From Diadema antillarum (taxonomy: Eukaryota): DNA of 64,000 nt. A program made the position numbers and the translations under genes. The stretch lies in NCBI RefSeq assembly GCF_040938485.1, contig NW_027271798.1, forward strand, positions 248,001-312,000, in the 5' to 3' direction. How positions within the stretch are numbered: the first letter of the stretch is position 1; each line of letters begins with the position of its first letter. The notes under the pieces were generated by a model that was not told the origin of the DNA, made no database searches, and worked only from the letters and a program-made list of their open reading frames with translations. Below are positions 1 to 12,735 of the stretch, in pieces.

Positions 1-482
1 TCAGTATTCATTAAAACTGACTGTTTATTTTCATTTTCCAGGAATAACGTATGTACATACCAACCTGGTATAAAATCTGGGAACACTAGCAAATTTGGAT
101 CATAGAGCGTGTTTCTACTGAGAGCACCTCACATCCCTGGCATCGCCACGAATTTTGTCCAACGCAGCACCTCGTATTTTACGACCACTCGAGCTGTTTC
201 TACTGAGCGATAAAATACGAGGTGATGCAACGGTGACGTGCAAATGCCGCGATTCCGGAAGTCAGGTATTTTTAAGTCACAGATTTGGGTCACGCGCGCA
301 CTGCCTGTTAATACGATCCGAACCCTGCACTGCTTTGCTACAACTGCGTCGGCTATTTTTTGATTAGCCATTTCTCTTCGTCTTCCCATCCAATATACCC
401 CGAACTAACATACTGGTATCCTGCCACTGATTGATGAGAAATCTTTGGAGATCGAGGGTCCAGTTGAGATTTTCTCAAGGCT

Positions 483-614
483 GCGACATACTAATGCAGT
501 GAGGTCCACGAGGGGTTTTAGCATGTCGCTGCGACATGCTAAAATTTTTGCGCGACATCCTTCAAAACTTGCGACATTCTAAGCGCCATGCCAATAAAAC
601 TGCGACATGCTAAA
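483..614. repeat. cluster of GCGACAT motifs including a 14-bp-arm palindrome
   Basis: five direct GCGACAT copies (483, 531, 552, 571, 602); ttttagcatgtcgc-t-gcgacatgctaaaa at 516-544. Confidence 0.7.
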
Positions 615-1104
615 AGTAACTAACTCGCAAATGACTTACGAGAGTGCTCCTTGTTGAAAGGAGCAGCAGTTTACAAGCGCCAAAAGTTTATCCACAGTCA
701 CCGCACCGATCACAACACAACGCGGCTCAACAACAAGCTATCAGTACAACAGTCTCGCACAACACCACATCACACACTTGCTCACTATCTCCCTCACCTC
801 CCTGCTCACATGTGTATGCTATGGGATTGCGCTCTGATTCGGGATCCACACACACAGCAATTTGTGTGAAGTAACACCTATGCAGCGGCACAGACAGCCG
901 CCTGTATGCATGTGAGAGGGAGAGAGAGGACGGAAAGAGAGGGTCGGAGGCCGAGGGAGGCTGAGGAAGGCTGACACGTGCTCGCTTGTTGTCACGCTTG
1001 TTGTCGGGTTACGCAAAAACAAACGATATGAAATGCATGCCCCCCTTCGCCAAAGGTTGTATTTTATATATATATATATTTTTTTTTTTGCTGCTTTGGT
1101 TTGT

Positions 1105-1370
1105 CTGTTCGTTTGTCTGCCTGTCTGTCTCTCTATTCGCAAAATAGGTCAAAAGTTGGGAACAGATTAGGATGAAATTTCAGGAACGGTTGGTTGGTAA
1201 AATGGCGCAAGGAACAGATGATTAAATTTTGGTAGTGAGAAGGATTTATGATACCACTGGAATTCAACGTCAGGATATCCAGGATTTTTTCTTAGACTTT
1301 GTTTCGTATATTTGAAAGGATTCGTATCAATTCTATAGGAAGCTTGCCATCGGCAATAGCAATTACGCAA
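1105..1370 (+). mobile_element. HINE/DINE-1-like non-autonomous Helentron fragment
   Basis: (gtct)n-like microsatellite followed by a core caaggaacagatgattaaatttt(g/a)gtagtga shared with 56175-56500. Confidence 0.5.
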
Positions 1371-3062
1371 AATTAGATGCGTTCAAAGCATTGCCGCAGA
1401 GAGAAAATTACCTCCATCTTTCGTTAAAAAAAAATCAAAAACAAAAACGAACGATGGAGTAAGCAAATGCAAATTGTTTAATCTTTTTTTTTTTGGTAGA
1501 TTCAGCGGGTTAGTTTTTCTCTAAAAAGCCATGCGTTCCATTTGAACCTTTAGTAAGTTAGATTTTACTCGAGCGCCGAAGTTGAATTTATCCCAAGGAT
1601 CTCGTCGCAATACCGAGTTTCCAATGTGTATTCATTTTCGCGTAGCTTTCGGTGCTGCAAAATTTTGCTAGGGCCTAAGTTTACTACTAAACTAATTTCT
1701 GTCGTTTCTCGCACCTCGTTTGGTACGATTTCTTCCCTTTTATATCACTTTATCCGTTCCCTTTATACTTTGAAGTAATTAAACGTAATTCCGTGTCTCG
1801 CACTGTTATTTTTGTAACGGCGATTTCTCCGCTTCGCTGCAATACTTTTTCGAATCGAAGCGACGGAGCTCGGAGTTTGATCCCAGCAGCCGCTTCGATG
1901 TGCTGTTTGTTGTATTTTCTAAATAAAAATGTTTGTGTTGTTGGGAGGTGTTGATACTTTGTATTTGTTATTTATTTTCCTAGGTATTTATCTCGAGGGA
2001 TTAGGGCCTATGCGTGTTTCTTAATGTTGATAGGAAAAGGCTAAAATGATCTTGAGTGATGTCTGATGGTGATGATGATAACTATGCTGGTGACTGGTGT
2101 AAAAAGACGGATTCCTGTGAATGCTGAGCGTACGTGACGTTTGTTTATTTCCCTTTCCCTCTTACTCTTCTTTCCCCCTTACTCTCCTTTCCCCTCTCAA
2201 GAATGATAAAAAAAGAAATTACATACACCTCACAACAAAAAGAACCACGTGCTATAGCAACCTTCGTAAAGTTCAATCTAAATGTTCAATATCAGCAAAG
2301 AATAAGGGGAAAGCACGAATGACAATAAATAAAAGCGAAGAGATCGTGTATGCAGTCTCTTCGGCTAGAAGAAACTTGACACCCCACCCCTCTCCCTTGT
2401 GGAAATTTCCACAAAAGCAGGTGCCACACCCAGGTGCGTGCCAGACGAAAGAATGCGCGCACTGGAATAAACAGCGTGTAAATATCCTGGAAATATCGAT
2501 CGAAGAACCAGCTCATTAGTTGAATTAAAGGAATCATTGCAAAGATATCATGATTCTATTTCTATAGCCTTTCTTTTGGCGCATAGTAGGAAACATCGAA
2601 CAGTCGATTATAGTGTACTTGATCGAATATCTAATGTTCCCTGAACAATAAAAAAAGGATTGATTATTCAGTCAATTAAAAATGCAATCACAGAAATACA
2701 TGAATTAAAGGTCTCGTATGACCAGACAAATTCACTACGAGTACAATTGTAGGTCCAGTGAGATGCAGTCATCACCTGGTTTAATACAACGTGTAATGAC
2801 AATTAATTCCAGTTCACGCTCATCAAAACTGCTTATTACTTTTCAAAGTTTTGGCTATCAACATTCGTTCGTGGGTGTATTTTGTTTGTTTGTTTGTTTG
2901 TTTGTTTGTTTTGTGTGTTTTTCTCTCGTGAAAGGCGTAATGATTTCTTCGTATCGAACGTAAACTGCATGTTTACCGTAAACAAGCCATTCAGCTCAGC
3001 TCAGCTATGGCGCATTCGATCCATCGAACTTGCAGTAACCTCTTACAGGCAGGATCGAGCAC

Positions 3063-3097
3063 ATGGCGCATTCCTTTAAAGTGAAAACTAAGTTTCG
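3063..3097 (+). CDS. candidate alternative first coding exon of srGAP (MAHSFKVKTKFR)
   Basis: ATG at 3063, in-frame stop upstream at 3036, CG|GTAAGT consensus donor in phase 2 that joins the phase-2 acceptor at 9276 in frame; lies in CpG-rich DNA; no homology support. Confidence 0.45.
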
Positions 3098-4224
3098 GTA
3101 AGTGCTGGAGAACCCGTCTAGCACCATTTCATTTTGAACGTGAAGCCACGTGTTTGCATCGGCGCTTCCACACACAGCGCGGCATTTTGCGATCATCGTT
3201 ATAGCAGAATTTCCGATTCCAGTCAGGGGAAAAGGAATTGGAATACTTCTGAAAATACTGATATTTAAAATCCAATAAAATAAAAAAGCCTGAAAACAAC
3301 GCATGATTATGTTTAAATAGTAAACAACAATTGGAAACACAGAACAGAGTTTTGCATCCGCTCACACAGAAGCTCTCTTGAGAAGATGAAAGCATTCCCC
3401 GTCCCCTGCTAGATAGTGGAAGCTTCCATAATCAGCCCAGCAAGTTTTTGGAGGTACATACAGTTGTACTTGCACTTGTACACATTCATTGCGAGAAAGC
3501 AATCAATCAACGCTGAACATTGCGTAGTTTGGCATCTTTATCGTGCTGGTGACCAGCTCGATCCTTCGGCATGTGTCATAACGTTATGTTTAGAGCCTGT
3601 AGGCCTCATAAGTTGACAAGTTTAATTCAAAATAGCAAAAAAGAAAAAAAAAAGGAGATTGAAAAAATATGAATTCTGGTGGGAAAATACGAATTTTGCA
3701 GCTGCTGAGTACTAATTTTTGCTTCCAAAGGTTGGCAGCTCTGTACTTTGGAAATCTAATTTCTCTCTGGAAAGGCTTATTGTGGATAGAATTATCTAGA
3801 TCTGAGTTTTTGTTAAATGTCATTCAAGTTAACTAAACGTCTGTTTACCAGTAGGCTGCAAAAGTGCAGTTCTCACTTTTCTACACTCATCTCATCTACT
3901 TTGTGAGTACACAGTTATCTTGGCATTTCAATGTGAAACCAGGGAGGTGGCTCCTCCCTGGTGAAACTGAAAGTAAATAATATTAAAGACAGTCAGTGTG
4001 CTGTACTGTAGTACAAGTTCAAGATGTCCTTGTCATTTATCATAGCATCCCCATTGAGGAGTATATCTATTCAAGATATATTCAAAAGGTCTTATGAGTA
4101 AGGAGTAGGACGATATATTAACATTTCAAGAACAATTTAAAATCTTATGTCATAATCAAACAATTAAACATAATTTTTCAAATATTAATGATTTTTATCC
4201 TGGCATTGCAGAGTGATCATGGTG

Positions 4225-4432
4225 ATCAAAGTGTTCAAAATAAGGCTAAGATAGCACCAGAGAGCATCTAGAACCCCAGAGCTTCCAGGGCCCTTAAGCG
4301 GGCCCTGGACCCCGGCCGCAAGGGACTTCGCGCTTCGCGCTCGTGATGTGCGCTTCGCGCACATACTTTCATGCGCAATATCACTTTTTTCCCCCTGCAA
4401 CATGCTAAAATTTCAAGTTGTGGACCACCCTG
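4225..4432. mobile_element. GC-rich short interspersed repeat (MITE-like)
   Basis: abrupt GC/CpG-rich block with internal palindrome cagggccc-ttaagc-gggccctg and cgcgcttcgcgc motifs. Confidence 0.4.
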
Positions 4433-7400
4433 CTAATGTGGTACTCTCGCGATTCGAGACAATATAAAATGAAATAACGTGGTGTAAAATCAAGTAATTG
4501 ATGAGGGCTTAGTAATGCAATAAGTTAGGCGAACAATAGACGATGAATGCCACAATTCACATGTAACGTAACGTATAGGGCCTATAACACATACACAAGC
4601 GAGTTGGTACAAACAAAGCATGATGCGAACACGGTCGCTGTGTGTACACACATATTTTGTACACATGTGTCGAAGGAGTGTGTGCGATGAACCGATTGAA
4701 AAGCGCGGGGAGAAATTCTAGACGTCCGAACACCACGAATTTCGCTACCCGGTGTGTTTCTACTGAGAATCGTCCTTCGCGTCACCATGCATCGACCACC
4801 TCAATAGATGGACGACGGAGCACCTCGCATCAGCCGGCATCGGCCACTACCAGATCTGTTTCTACTAAGGAAAAATTCGAGGTGTCACCACGCATCGGCC
4901 GGTATCACCACACATCGGCTGGCATCACCTCGAATTATCGTCGCTCAATAGAAACACGCTCATATTTAGGCTATTGTACAATGTAAACTGGCAGTAAAAG
5001 CAGCATTTGAAATGCATTCTGATGCTGTTTGCATTTGGGTTTACCCAGCCATACTGATGATTTTCAGCAATTTTCATGTACTTCTAGTGATAGAAATCAG
5101 TACCATCATGGGGCAATGTTTGGGTAATGATATAACTTAAACTACAGGGCTAAAGTACAGTGTACACCATTGATATGACAGATACTTTGTACCTCAAGTT
5201 TTAGAGAAACCAGCATAATTTCATATTGCATGGTCAATCATATAATTTATTTCATTCTCAGCAATGACCTGAAAAAGTGATGATTCATTGTCAGTTTGAC
5301 CAAGGATTTGTGCCACTGCCCTGGTTGGACATAATGTATGAATTATAGAGAAGTGCCAGTCATATAATGGGATGCTTTTTTGGGGGGGGGGAGCAGGGGG
5401 ATTGCATTGCTTGGATACTTACTACACCAAGCCTCACAAGACATTTGTGTATACATTTTAAATGGTACCTTGCACCTTACCCTGTATTTTGAGGAGGAAT
5501 GTTTAGTTACCCTGTGTTCATGTACAAGATGACCATCTTTGAGGAAGAGTGTGAACATGTGGTGATAAATGACGTCAGTATGTGAATTTGTCTTTATACC
5601 CCAGAAAGAAACAAATATTAATGTTGGTATGATCTTGATGAACATTTTTAAGAGAAAGGTGTCATTCTGGTATAACATTTTAGATATGCTGGCAGAAAGA
5701 AAACTCAACATGCCGGCAAACATACCAGTACAAATTTGTCAGTAACCTGGCATCTGTGGTTGCTAGGTATACACAACAAATATTGAGCTAGGGAGACAAT
5801 TTAGTTACACCTGACTATTACATGTAAGTGGCCCTCAATATAGATTCAGATTCAGATTTTATTTTTTATTGTGCACTATAGGAAATCCCTTCTGTTGGAA
5901 TTTATACAAATAATATGCATACATGGATACATGTTTCATACCAGGTACATCATACACATACATGAAATACAGTTCTCAATATGCAATTATGCAATCGTAT
6001 ACTCATAGAAGAGTAAACAAATATGTAATTACCAGTTTATTATATAATTTAGTGCATAATATGTGGGATTTTCAACATATTTCTGTTTAGCGAGTCAGAG
6101 ATTTTTTTGTCATTGTTTACAGTAGCTGCATAGAGCTTTGCTCAGGGTCCTACATAGACAGGTAGCCCTGATATCAATTAACTGTAGTGATATTGATAAC
6201 AGGAAAAATCCTGTATACAATGTATTTATCATTATATCAAAAAGTAAATTCTCTCTTGAATTAGTTGCTACTGCAGACATGTATAAAAGTTTCTTGTGTG
6301 ATATCGTAAGATAGGACACTTTTTTGGTTTTATTTCTTACAGCTTTCTAAACCATCTTCAATCTGTTCAAAAGTTTTTAAACATACATGTAAATATATAT
6401 ACATGTTCATATTACCACTTGTATGGTAGCCATAGACTGTTTAGTACTAACTGACTAATCATGAGCATTGTTCTGTGAAATATTCTGATCATCTATTTAT
6501 CAAATCCATTATGAAGCTTATATTTTTTTTTCTCATGGGGATGGGGCAGAATCAGTCTGATCATGGAGGATGACTGCTAGTAACAATTACTGTTAGCTGT
6601 TTTAAAGGTCTTCTGGTTTGTAAGTGTGCCTGAAAGCTGCTTCACACATTATTTTGTCAGTATTGAGCTTCTGACAGTAGTACTTTATTTCATACAGATT
6701 GATTAACTGTTAATCATTTCTTGTTTGATTCTCTAGAATGGCGTACTGTGCATGTATGCCGTGGAAAAAGAAAACCCACAGAGAAATACTGAAATGCAGG
6801 GCTGTACAAAAAGAGTTCAGTGACATGCATTGAGAGTTTGGTGACATACATTGTACACCTGAAATTCTAATGGATGAAATTTTCGCTGCTGAGAAGGGAG
6901 AAGAGGAGAAAGTGTCTTAAATGTCTGTTAATTTGTGGAATATGCTCAAGGGGCCTGGCTATCGAGTGTTGCCGATGGGGATCAATCTCTCCCATACCCA
7001 ATGGAGTGGAATAAACTGATTCTGCTATTGATCTGTGCCACAACCAATCTTATTGGAATACTTGCGTCTCCGGTGACACCAAGGGTTAATACCCAGGCTT
7101 CCAGTGGCCTAGATCTTGGCAGACTGTTAGTTTTGAAATCATTATTTCCTGTTGTGTGCAATGCCGAATAGTGGGAAGTACTACATGTAGTTTGCTCATA
7201 AAAATGTTTGAATAACTAGACGTGTGTGTGAGTTGTTCCTCATAATGTGTATGATATGTGTATGCACATTTATGAATGTTTGTCAAGACATGAATATTCA
7301 GGACCATCATTGTCAGCGAGGTTGTTTCCTTATTAGGTGAATGAGATTTGTCCCAAGCTGAACTTGATGTGAATGCTGTGGAGGTATTGACCCAGTCCTT

Positions 7401-8189
7401 CCTGCCTGTCTGTCTGTCTGTCTGTTTCTTGAAGCCAGCTAGGTAGATGCCATGTCATCTAAATGGTAGTAATAGACTGCCTTGATGATGGCCCCCCCAC
7501 CAGCTCGGATCTGGCTGAAGAGGTCCCACCCACTGGTCCTGGTAGCTTGGGAATTCCTGGAAGTTAATGTGGTCCTACTGTGACTGTGGCCTCTTCCTCC
7601 ATTCCCTACTCTTCTCTTTGTTAGTCTTACTCTTTACTAACTCTTTAGAGTACCGGTACTTTGTTTTTTGTCGGTAGGCAAGAAGAGGGTCAAAGGTTCG
7701 TGTGACCACTGTCCTAGCACTGTGCTTCTATACACTTACTAATATGGTAAACATTATCTGTGTACACACATTGCAAAATGTTAGTTTTGGCATCAGTTCT
7801 TGTGACCTGCCCGAGGGAAAATTTTAGGTGATATGCAGAGTGAAAGCTATTTTATGAGAATGGTCTAACTGAGCTGACCTTTGTACCAGGATGCACATTA
7901 TGCATCCTCTATAGGGACGTGGTTCCTCAGAAACAGTCACTTTACGAAAAATGCTTCTATGATATGAATCCATGGATATATAAGAAATTATCATTTTTGT
8001 TGTTTGTGTTGAGCGCACTCAAATTTTTTGGAATGATAAATTTGTATGAAGAATTTGTATGTCTCCACCATGAAGTGTCACCAGAGGCATTATGTTTTGG
8101 GGTTGTCTGTTTATCTGTCCTCTCTATCTGCATGTCTGTAATCAATTTTGTGGACAGTGTAACTTATGAACTGTTTACGGTATCCAAAT

Positions 8190-8975
8190 GAAACATGGCA
8201 CATGTGTGTACGAGTGCATGAAGCTGTGTGTATTGTTATTAACTTTTAGGTGCACATGCTCAAGGTCAATGGTCAAGGTCAAATTCTTAAATTTGATTGT
8301 TTCTACCAATCTAAAATGCCCAATGGTATTTTCATGAAACTTTGTGTGTACATATTACCAGATAAAGATTCTCTAGGGAGTTTTGCGCCATGTAGTCAAA
8401 GTTCAAAGAGTAAAGGTCAATTGAAAATGCTAAAACTTTATTTTTTTTCTCCATATCTCAGAAATTGCTCAAGCAATTTTCAGGAAACTTAGTACATATG
8501 CATGTAATGCCAGACAATGATTCTCTTAGGTATTTGGGGATCATGGTGTCAAAGGTCAAGGGTCAAAGGTCCCGTTAAAATGCTGAATTCTGCTATTTAT
8601 GCAGAAATTACACTATTTTTCTCCAGACTGAGGAAATTACTCAATACATGCACTTGATTAAATTAGGCATACATGCATTAATGCACAATGATTCTGCAGG
8701 GAAAGAGTTTGGCCATGGGGTCAGGTAAATGTGTTAAGACTTCACAATATTTTCCATATTTTCAAAATAGCTTAAAGTAATGTGAAAATTGGATATTACC
8801 AGGTAGTGATTATTTGAAGAAAGCTGTGAGCCATGAGGTCAAAGGTCAAGGATCAAAGGTCAAGTGAAAATGCCCAAATAAAAAAGGATACCTAAATAAG
8901 GATACCATGTTTTCCTGCCACTTTGACCGGTATTATACGAGGAGCCATCATCATCGCCATCAACTTTCTTTTTAG
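8190..8975 (+). mobile_element. HINE-like element with tandem ggtcaaaggtcaa core repeats
   Basis: repeated cores similar to 58146-59001. Confidence 0.55.
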
Positions 8976-9275
8976 GGAAGATTATGAATAAAGCATGATC
9001 TTCTATTATGTACTCAATATTTATGGGAAAAAAAGTGTTTTGCTGGTACTAATTTTGCGATTGAAGTTTTGCTACCAGTCATTATTACATTAATTTGAAA
9101 TTTACTAGTTTTGCCTCAAGCCATAACTGTCCACGTTTTACATAATCCACCATGGCAGATGAAAAAGAGAACAGCTGGAATCCTTCTAATTTTTCTGCAA
9201 ACACCATGCATCCCTTGGAGGTTTATTTACGTGAAGTGGCTTGATGATAAATGAGAATTGTGTCTTCTCTTGCAG

Positions 9276-9444
9276 ACGTGAAAAGGATTCCACCCTCCCC
9301 TCACCTCAGATATGCTGGAATCTACTTCTGGAGATGACCAAGAACCACCACCGACAACACACAACCTTAAGCCATGTCTATTCCCATAGCATGGCAAACA
9401 GATACGGCATTTTACGAGATGAGCTGGACAGTGTGTATAGGAAG
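9276..9444 (+). CDS. SRGAP: srGAP exon, F-BAR domain (xREKDSTLPSPQICWNLLLEMTKNHHRQHTTLSHVYSHSMANRYGILRDELDSVYRK)
   Basis: ttgcag acceptor and AAG|gtaagt donor; phase 2 to 0; resembles vertebrate srGAP segment LLSPVNCWYLLLNQVRRESKDHATLSDIY...FKK. Confidence 0.92.
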
Positions 9445-10431
9445 GTAAGTTGTAGCAATGACATCCGCATTGTGTCTGACATTATGATGTTGCCAGGTGA
9501 TATTATACCGTACACTCAAAGTTGGTTCGATAAACCTTGTACAAGTTAGTCTTTTATGAAAGTATCAAAATTTGACTTCACATACAATTATATAAAAGGA
9601 AAGGCAAAAATCGCTCGTGCACAAGTCCAAAAGTGCTCAAGCTATTATCATGCATGACATATATTTAGCATTGATTATTTGTCATAAAAATTTGCAACTT
9701 GATTGGTATTATGCATAAAATCAATAACATTCTTAAATTTTGTTTCCCTTTAATACAAAGATGTATTGTCTCTGTGGTGGGGAATCTTCACCTCTGCTTC
9801 TTATAGAGAGATACAATTTATCAGTTGAGTTCAGACATAGGACTATAAGCTTGAGGCTATGATAGACTTGAAGCTATCTTGACCACAAGAGCCAAAACTT
9901 AAGGCCTCTTGCTGTTTGAACGGAGATGGTATACAAGATGAACCATGATAGCCATGAGCGAGAACTCTTTTGGCAAAAAAACCAAAAAAAAAAACCAAAA
10001 AAAAAAACTTAAGGTCTAGCTCTGTAACAGCAAGATTTTGCACAACCACCCACTGCTCTTGTTGCCAGCTGCTGTGTGAACAGACTTGTGACTATTATAG
10101 CCATAAGTCTTTCTCATTATATAGCCATGTTTACACGCAGTCCATAGCAGCAAGGGAGCAACATTAACCACAAGTGAGCGATAGAGCAAAATACTAGAAT
10201 TGGTGTGTGAACCCAATCGTATCAAGGCTATCTTAGCGTCGAGGCTATGGACTTGCATGTAAATATGGCTAGTTATTCTTATTCTGCCTCTGTGTTTGTT
10301 GAAGACATACATTGTATTTAGCCACTTGTAGAATAGCGTAAACCCAGAGTCCCAATTCTTGAAATATATACCAAATATTTTCATTGATACCAATACATAT
10401 GACCCGAGCATGACCACTATAAAGCAACATA

Positions 10432-10585
10432 TATTTGCGACATTAAATTTTCTGTGAATTGCCACTAGTATTCAGTGCATCTTGATGTAGATAAGAACTT
10501 TCGGGTGCATTTTGATTGTGCAAATCCTGGCTCTCGTACAATTCGTGAAATTAAAATGCACACAAACACTTCTAGTTTTAGAGTA
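10432..10585 (-). mobile_element. partial TA-MITE (family of 26501-26711), reverse orientation
   Basis: matches the reverse complement of the 26501-26711 copy. Confidence 0.6.
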
Positions 10586-12158
10586 TGTAGTTTTGTGAAA
10601 TATATGGATGACAAATGTATGTCAGTATGCTTTCATCTTGCATCTCCTGGTCTTGGCGGTAGATCTCTGTCGATGCTCTGTGGTTCATGCTCACTGATTT
10701 CAACCCACCCCTGGAAAATCTCCTTGCACCTCACTGATTTAGTGCTCCCGAGACCGATCCCATTTGAGCCCATGATTTACTGGTCACATAATATCCAAAC
10801 CCCTCAGATTATAGCAACTGTCTCCAGATACAGCTAGGTGCGATATCTCACAGGAGAGTGTGATAATGTGACTGAAACATTGCAGGTAAAGGGTGACTGT
10901 GGAGTAAGATTCCATGTGTCTTGACACTGCACCTCGAGTTTACATTTTGTAGGTGCGGTCATGGATTTATAATTCACAAAGTGTACACTTCTTTTTATTG
11001 ATTATATTTTTAGACACTACCGTTGCAGCCACAATAAGCCCTTATTGATTGCGATTGGAGGGTTTAAGGAAGTTCTTCATTTTATTAAATGCAAAATAGC
11101 TGCAAAATACCTTCCATATGAAAATTTGTATTAAGTTTATGAGCAAACTTATGCCAGTCATTATATACTATCATATAGATTAGTAGTATAAATCTAGACT
11201 TACTTCCAAGATTAAGTTTTTGAGGCCATGTGGTTCTATGGAGAATGTACTGGAATTATCAATTTAAAAAAAAAAAATGTTGTGTTAAAAGATTGAAATC
11301 ATGTCTAGTTTCCTTCAATTCACTTTCATGATGTAGACTTTGAATAGATTCACAGTTTGTTTCATTTTATTCTTTAATGAATCAGTGTATATCAGTTACA
11401 ATTACCCTTTTGTCCAAGCCAGAGAATGGCGTGAAACAAAAATTAGTGCAAGAGAAACCAGTGTGTACTGCATTTGTGTGCAAATTGTGTACTCTAAAGG
11501 TTTCCATATAGAGCAAGCCAGATTTAAACCATGATTACCAAGTTTTTATGTAAGAGATGTGCAATTTATGCAAAGAAAAAAAAATAAACCAAAAAATAGA
11601 TAAAATAAAAAAGTACCAATGAGAATTGGGGATATGGGAGTAGCTAGATTTTTTTCAGCCGTCCAAACTTTGGTCTGAAATCCTTTCCACACATGTACAA
11701 AACATGCAGTTTGATGTTACAAATTTCCATACAACAGTATAAGCTGGACAAAGAATGGAAGTTTTCCTATGTTTCCTCTTGGTGTTGTGGCCTTCAAGTG
11801 ATGAATACACACAGACATGACAGATTTCTGCAAGCCCTTGATGCACTATGCTATGTCTTTAATCTAGGGATCTGAACTTGAGATTGGCATTCTTATCAGT
11901 TGTTAAGAACCCAAAGTGTTTCAAAACTGAAACACACCACTTGGGTTTAATAAGATGATATAGGATGGGCAGACTTGTATACTGATGAAATATGAATATA
12001 TGATTGTTATCTCAACTTGAAAATTACGGTCTAGAGACGGATCCTTTTCAAAGCGAATGCTAATCATTATGAGAGAGAGTGATAGTGCAGCAGGAGGATG
12101 TGTCAGAGAAAGTGCTCTAGACTCGTACGAAGGCTGATAGTGATATGTTACAGCCCAA

Positions 12159-12735
12159 TTAAAGGACAAGTTCACCTTCATAAACATAAGGATTGAGAGA
12201 ATGCAACAATAATAGTAGAACACATCAGTGAAAGTTTGAGGAAAATTGGACAATCGATGCAAAAGTTATGAATTTTTAGAATTTTTGCGTTGGAACCGCT
12301 GGATGAGGAGACTACTACAGCTTGTGAGTCATATGCGTACAACAGTATAAAGAAAATGTAAAAGAAAATTCAACATATTTTCACTTTTTTCGCATAATAA
12401 AAGAGCACTTGACTTGCCTCTTTCTAAAGGCGGGGGGAACAATATTACCCATAACATTTGTCGGTAACGAGTCAGGGGAATGTGTACTTTTTTCAAAAGA
12501 TGGAATTTTGTGAAATTCTCTTTATATTTTCCTTGTATTGTTGTACGCATGTGACATCTAAGTTATACATACACTGCAGTAGTCTTCTCATCCAGCGGTT
12601 ACTGCACAAAAACTTCAAAAATTCATAACTTTTGAACGGATTGTCTGATTTTCCTCAAACTTTCACTGATGTGTTCTACTAATATTTCTACATTCTCTCA
12701 ATCCTTATGTTTATGAAGGTGAACTTGTCCTTTAA
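12159..12735. mobile_element. TTAA-flanked MITE (piggyBac-type target), family B copy 1
   Basis: TIR ttaaaggacaagttcaccttcataaacataaggattgagagaatg / matching inverted end; about 570-bp homolog at 45700-46264. Confidence 0.9.

Larger units (their letters stand above)
105..4961. mobile_element. putative large non-autonomous TIR element (PIF/Harbinger-like) or pair of related MITE ends
   Basis: gagcgtgtttctactgag (105-122) versus ctcaatagaaacacgctc (4944-4961): 18-bp inverted repeat with 1 mismatch; ATA on both sides (102-104, 4962-4964); internal copies of the tgtttctact motif near both ends; CpG richness falls sharply after 4961. Confidence 0.5.

Noticed and set aside
6738-7019. Frame reading ...GPGYRVLPMGINLSHTQWSGIN, faintly like a gypsy reverse-transcriptase LPMG motif
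   Set aside because: Two in-frame stops, no YxDD or other RT motifs nearby, no LTRs; a short chance match is likely.
10016-10465. Longest ORF in the track (149 aa, minus strand)
   Set aside because: No recognisable domain, intron-like composition, start overlaps a MITE remnant.
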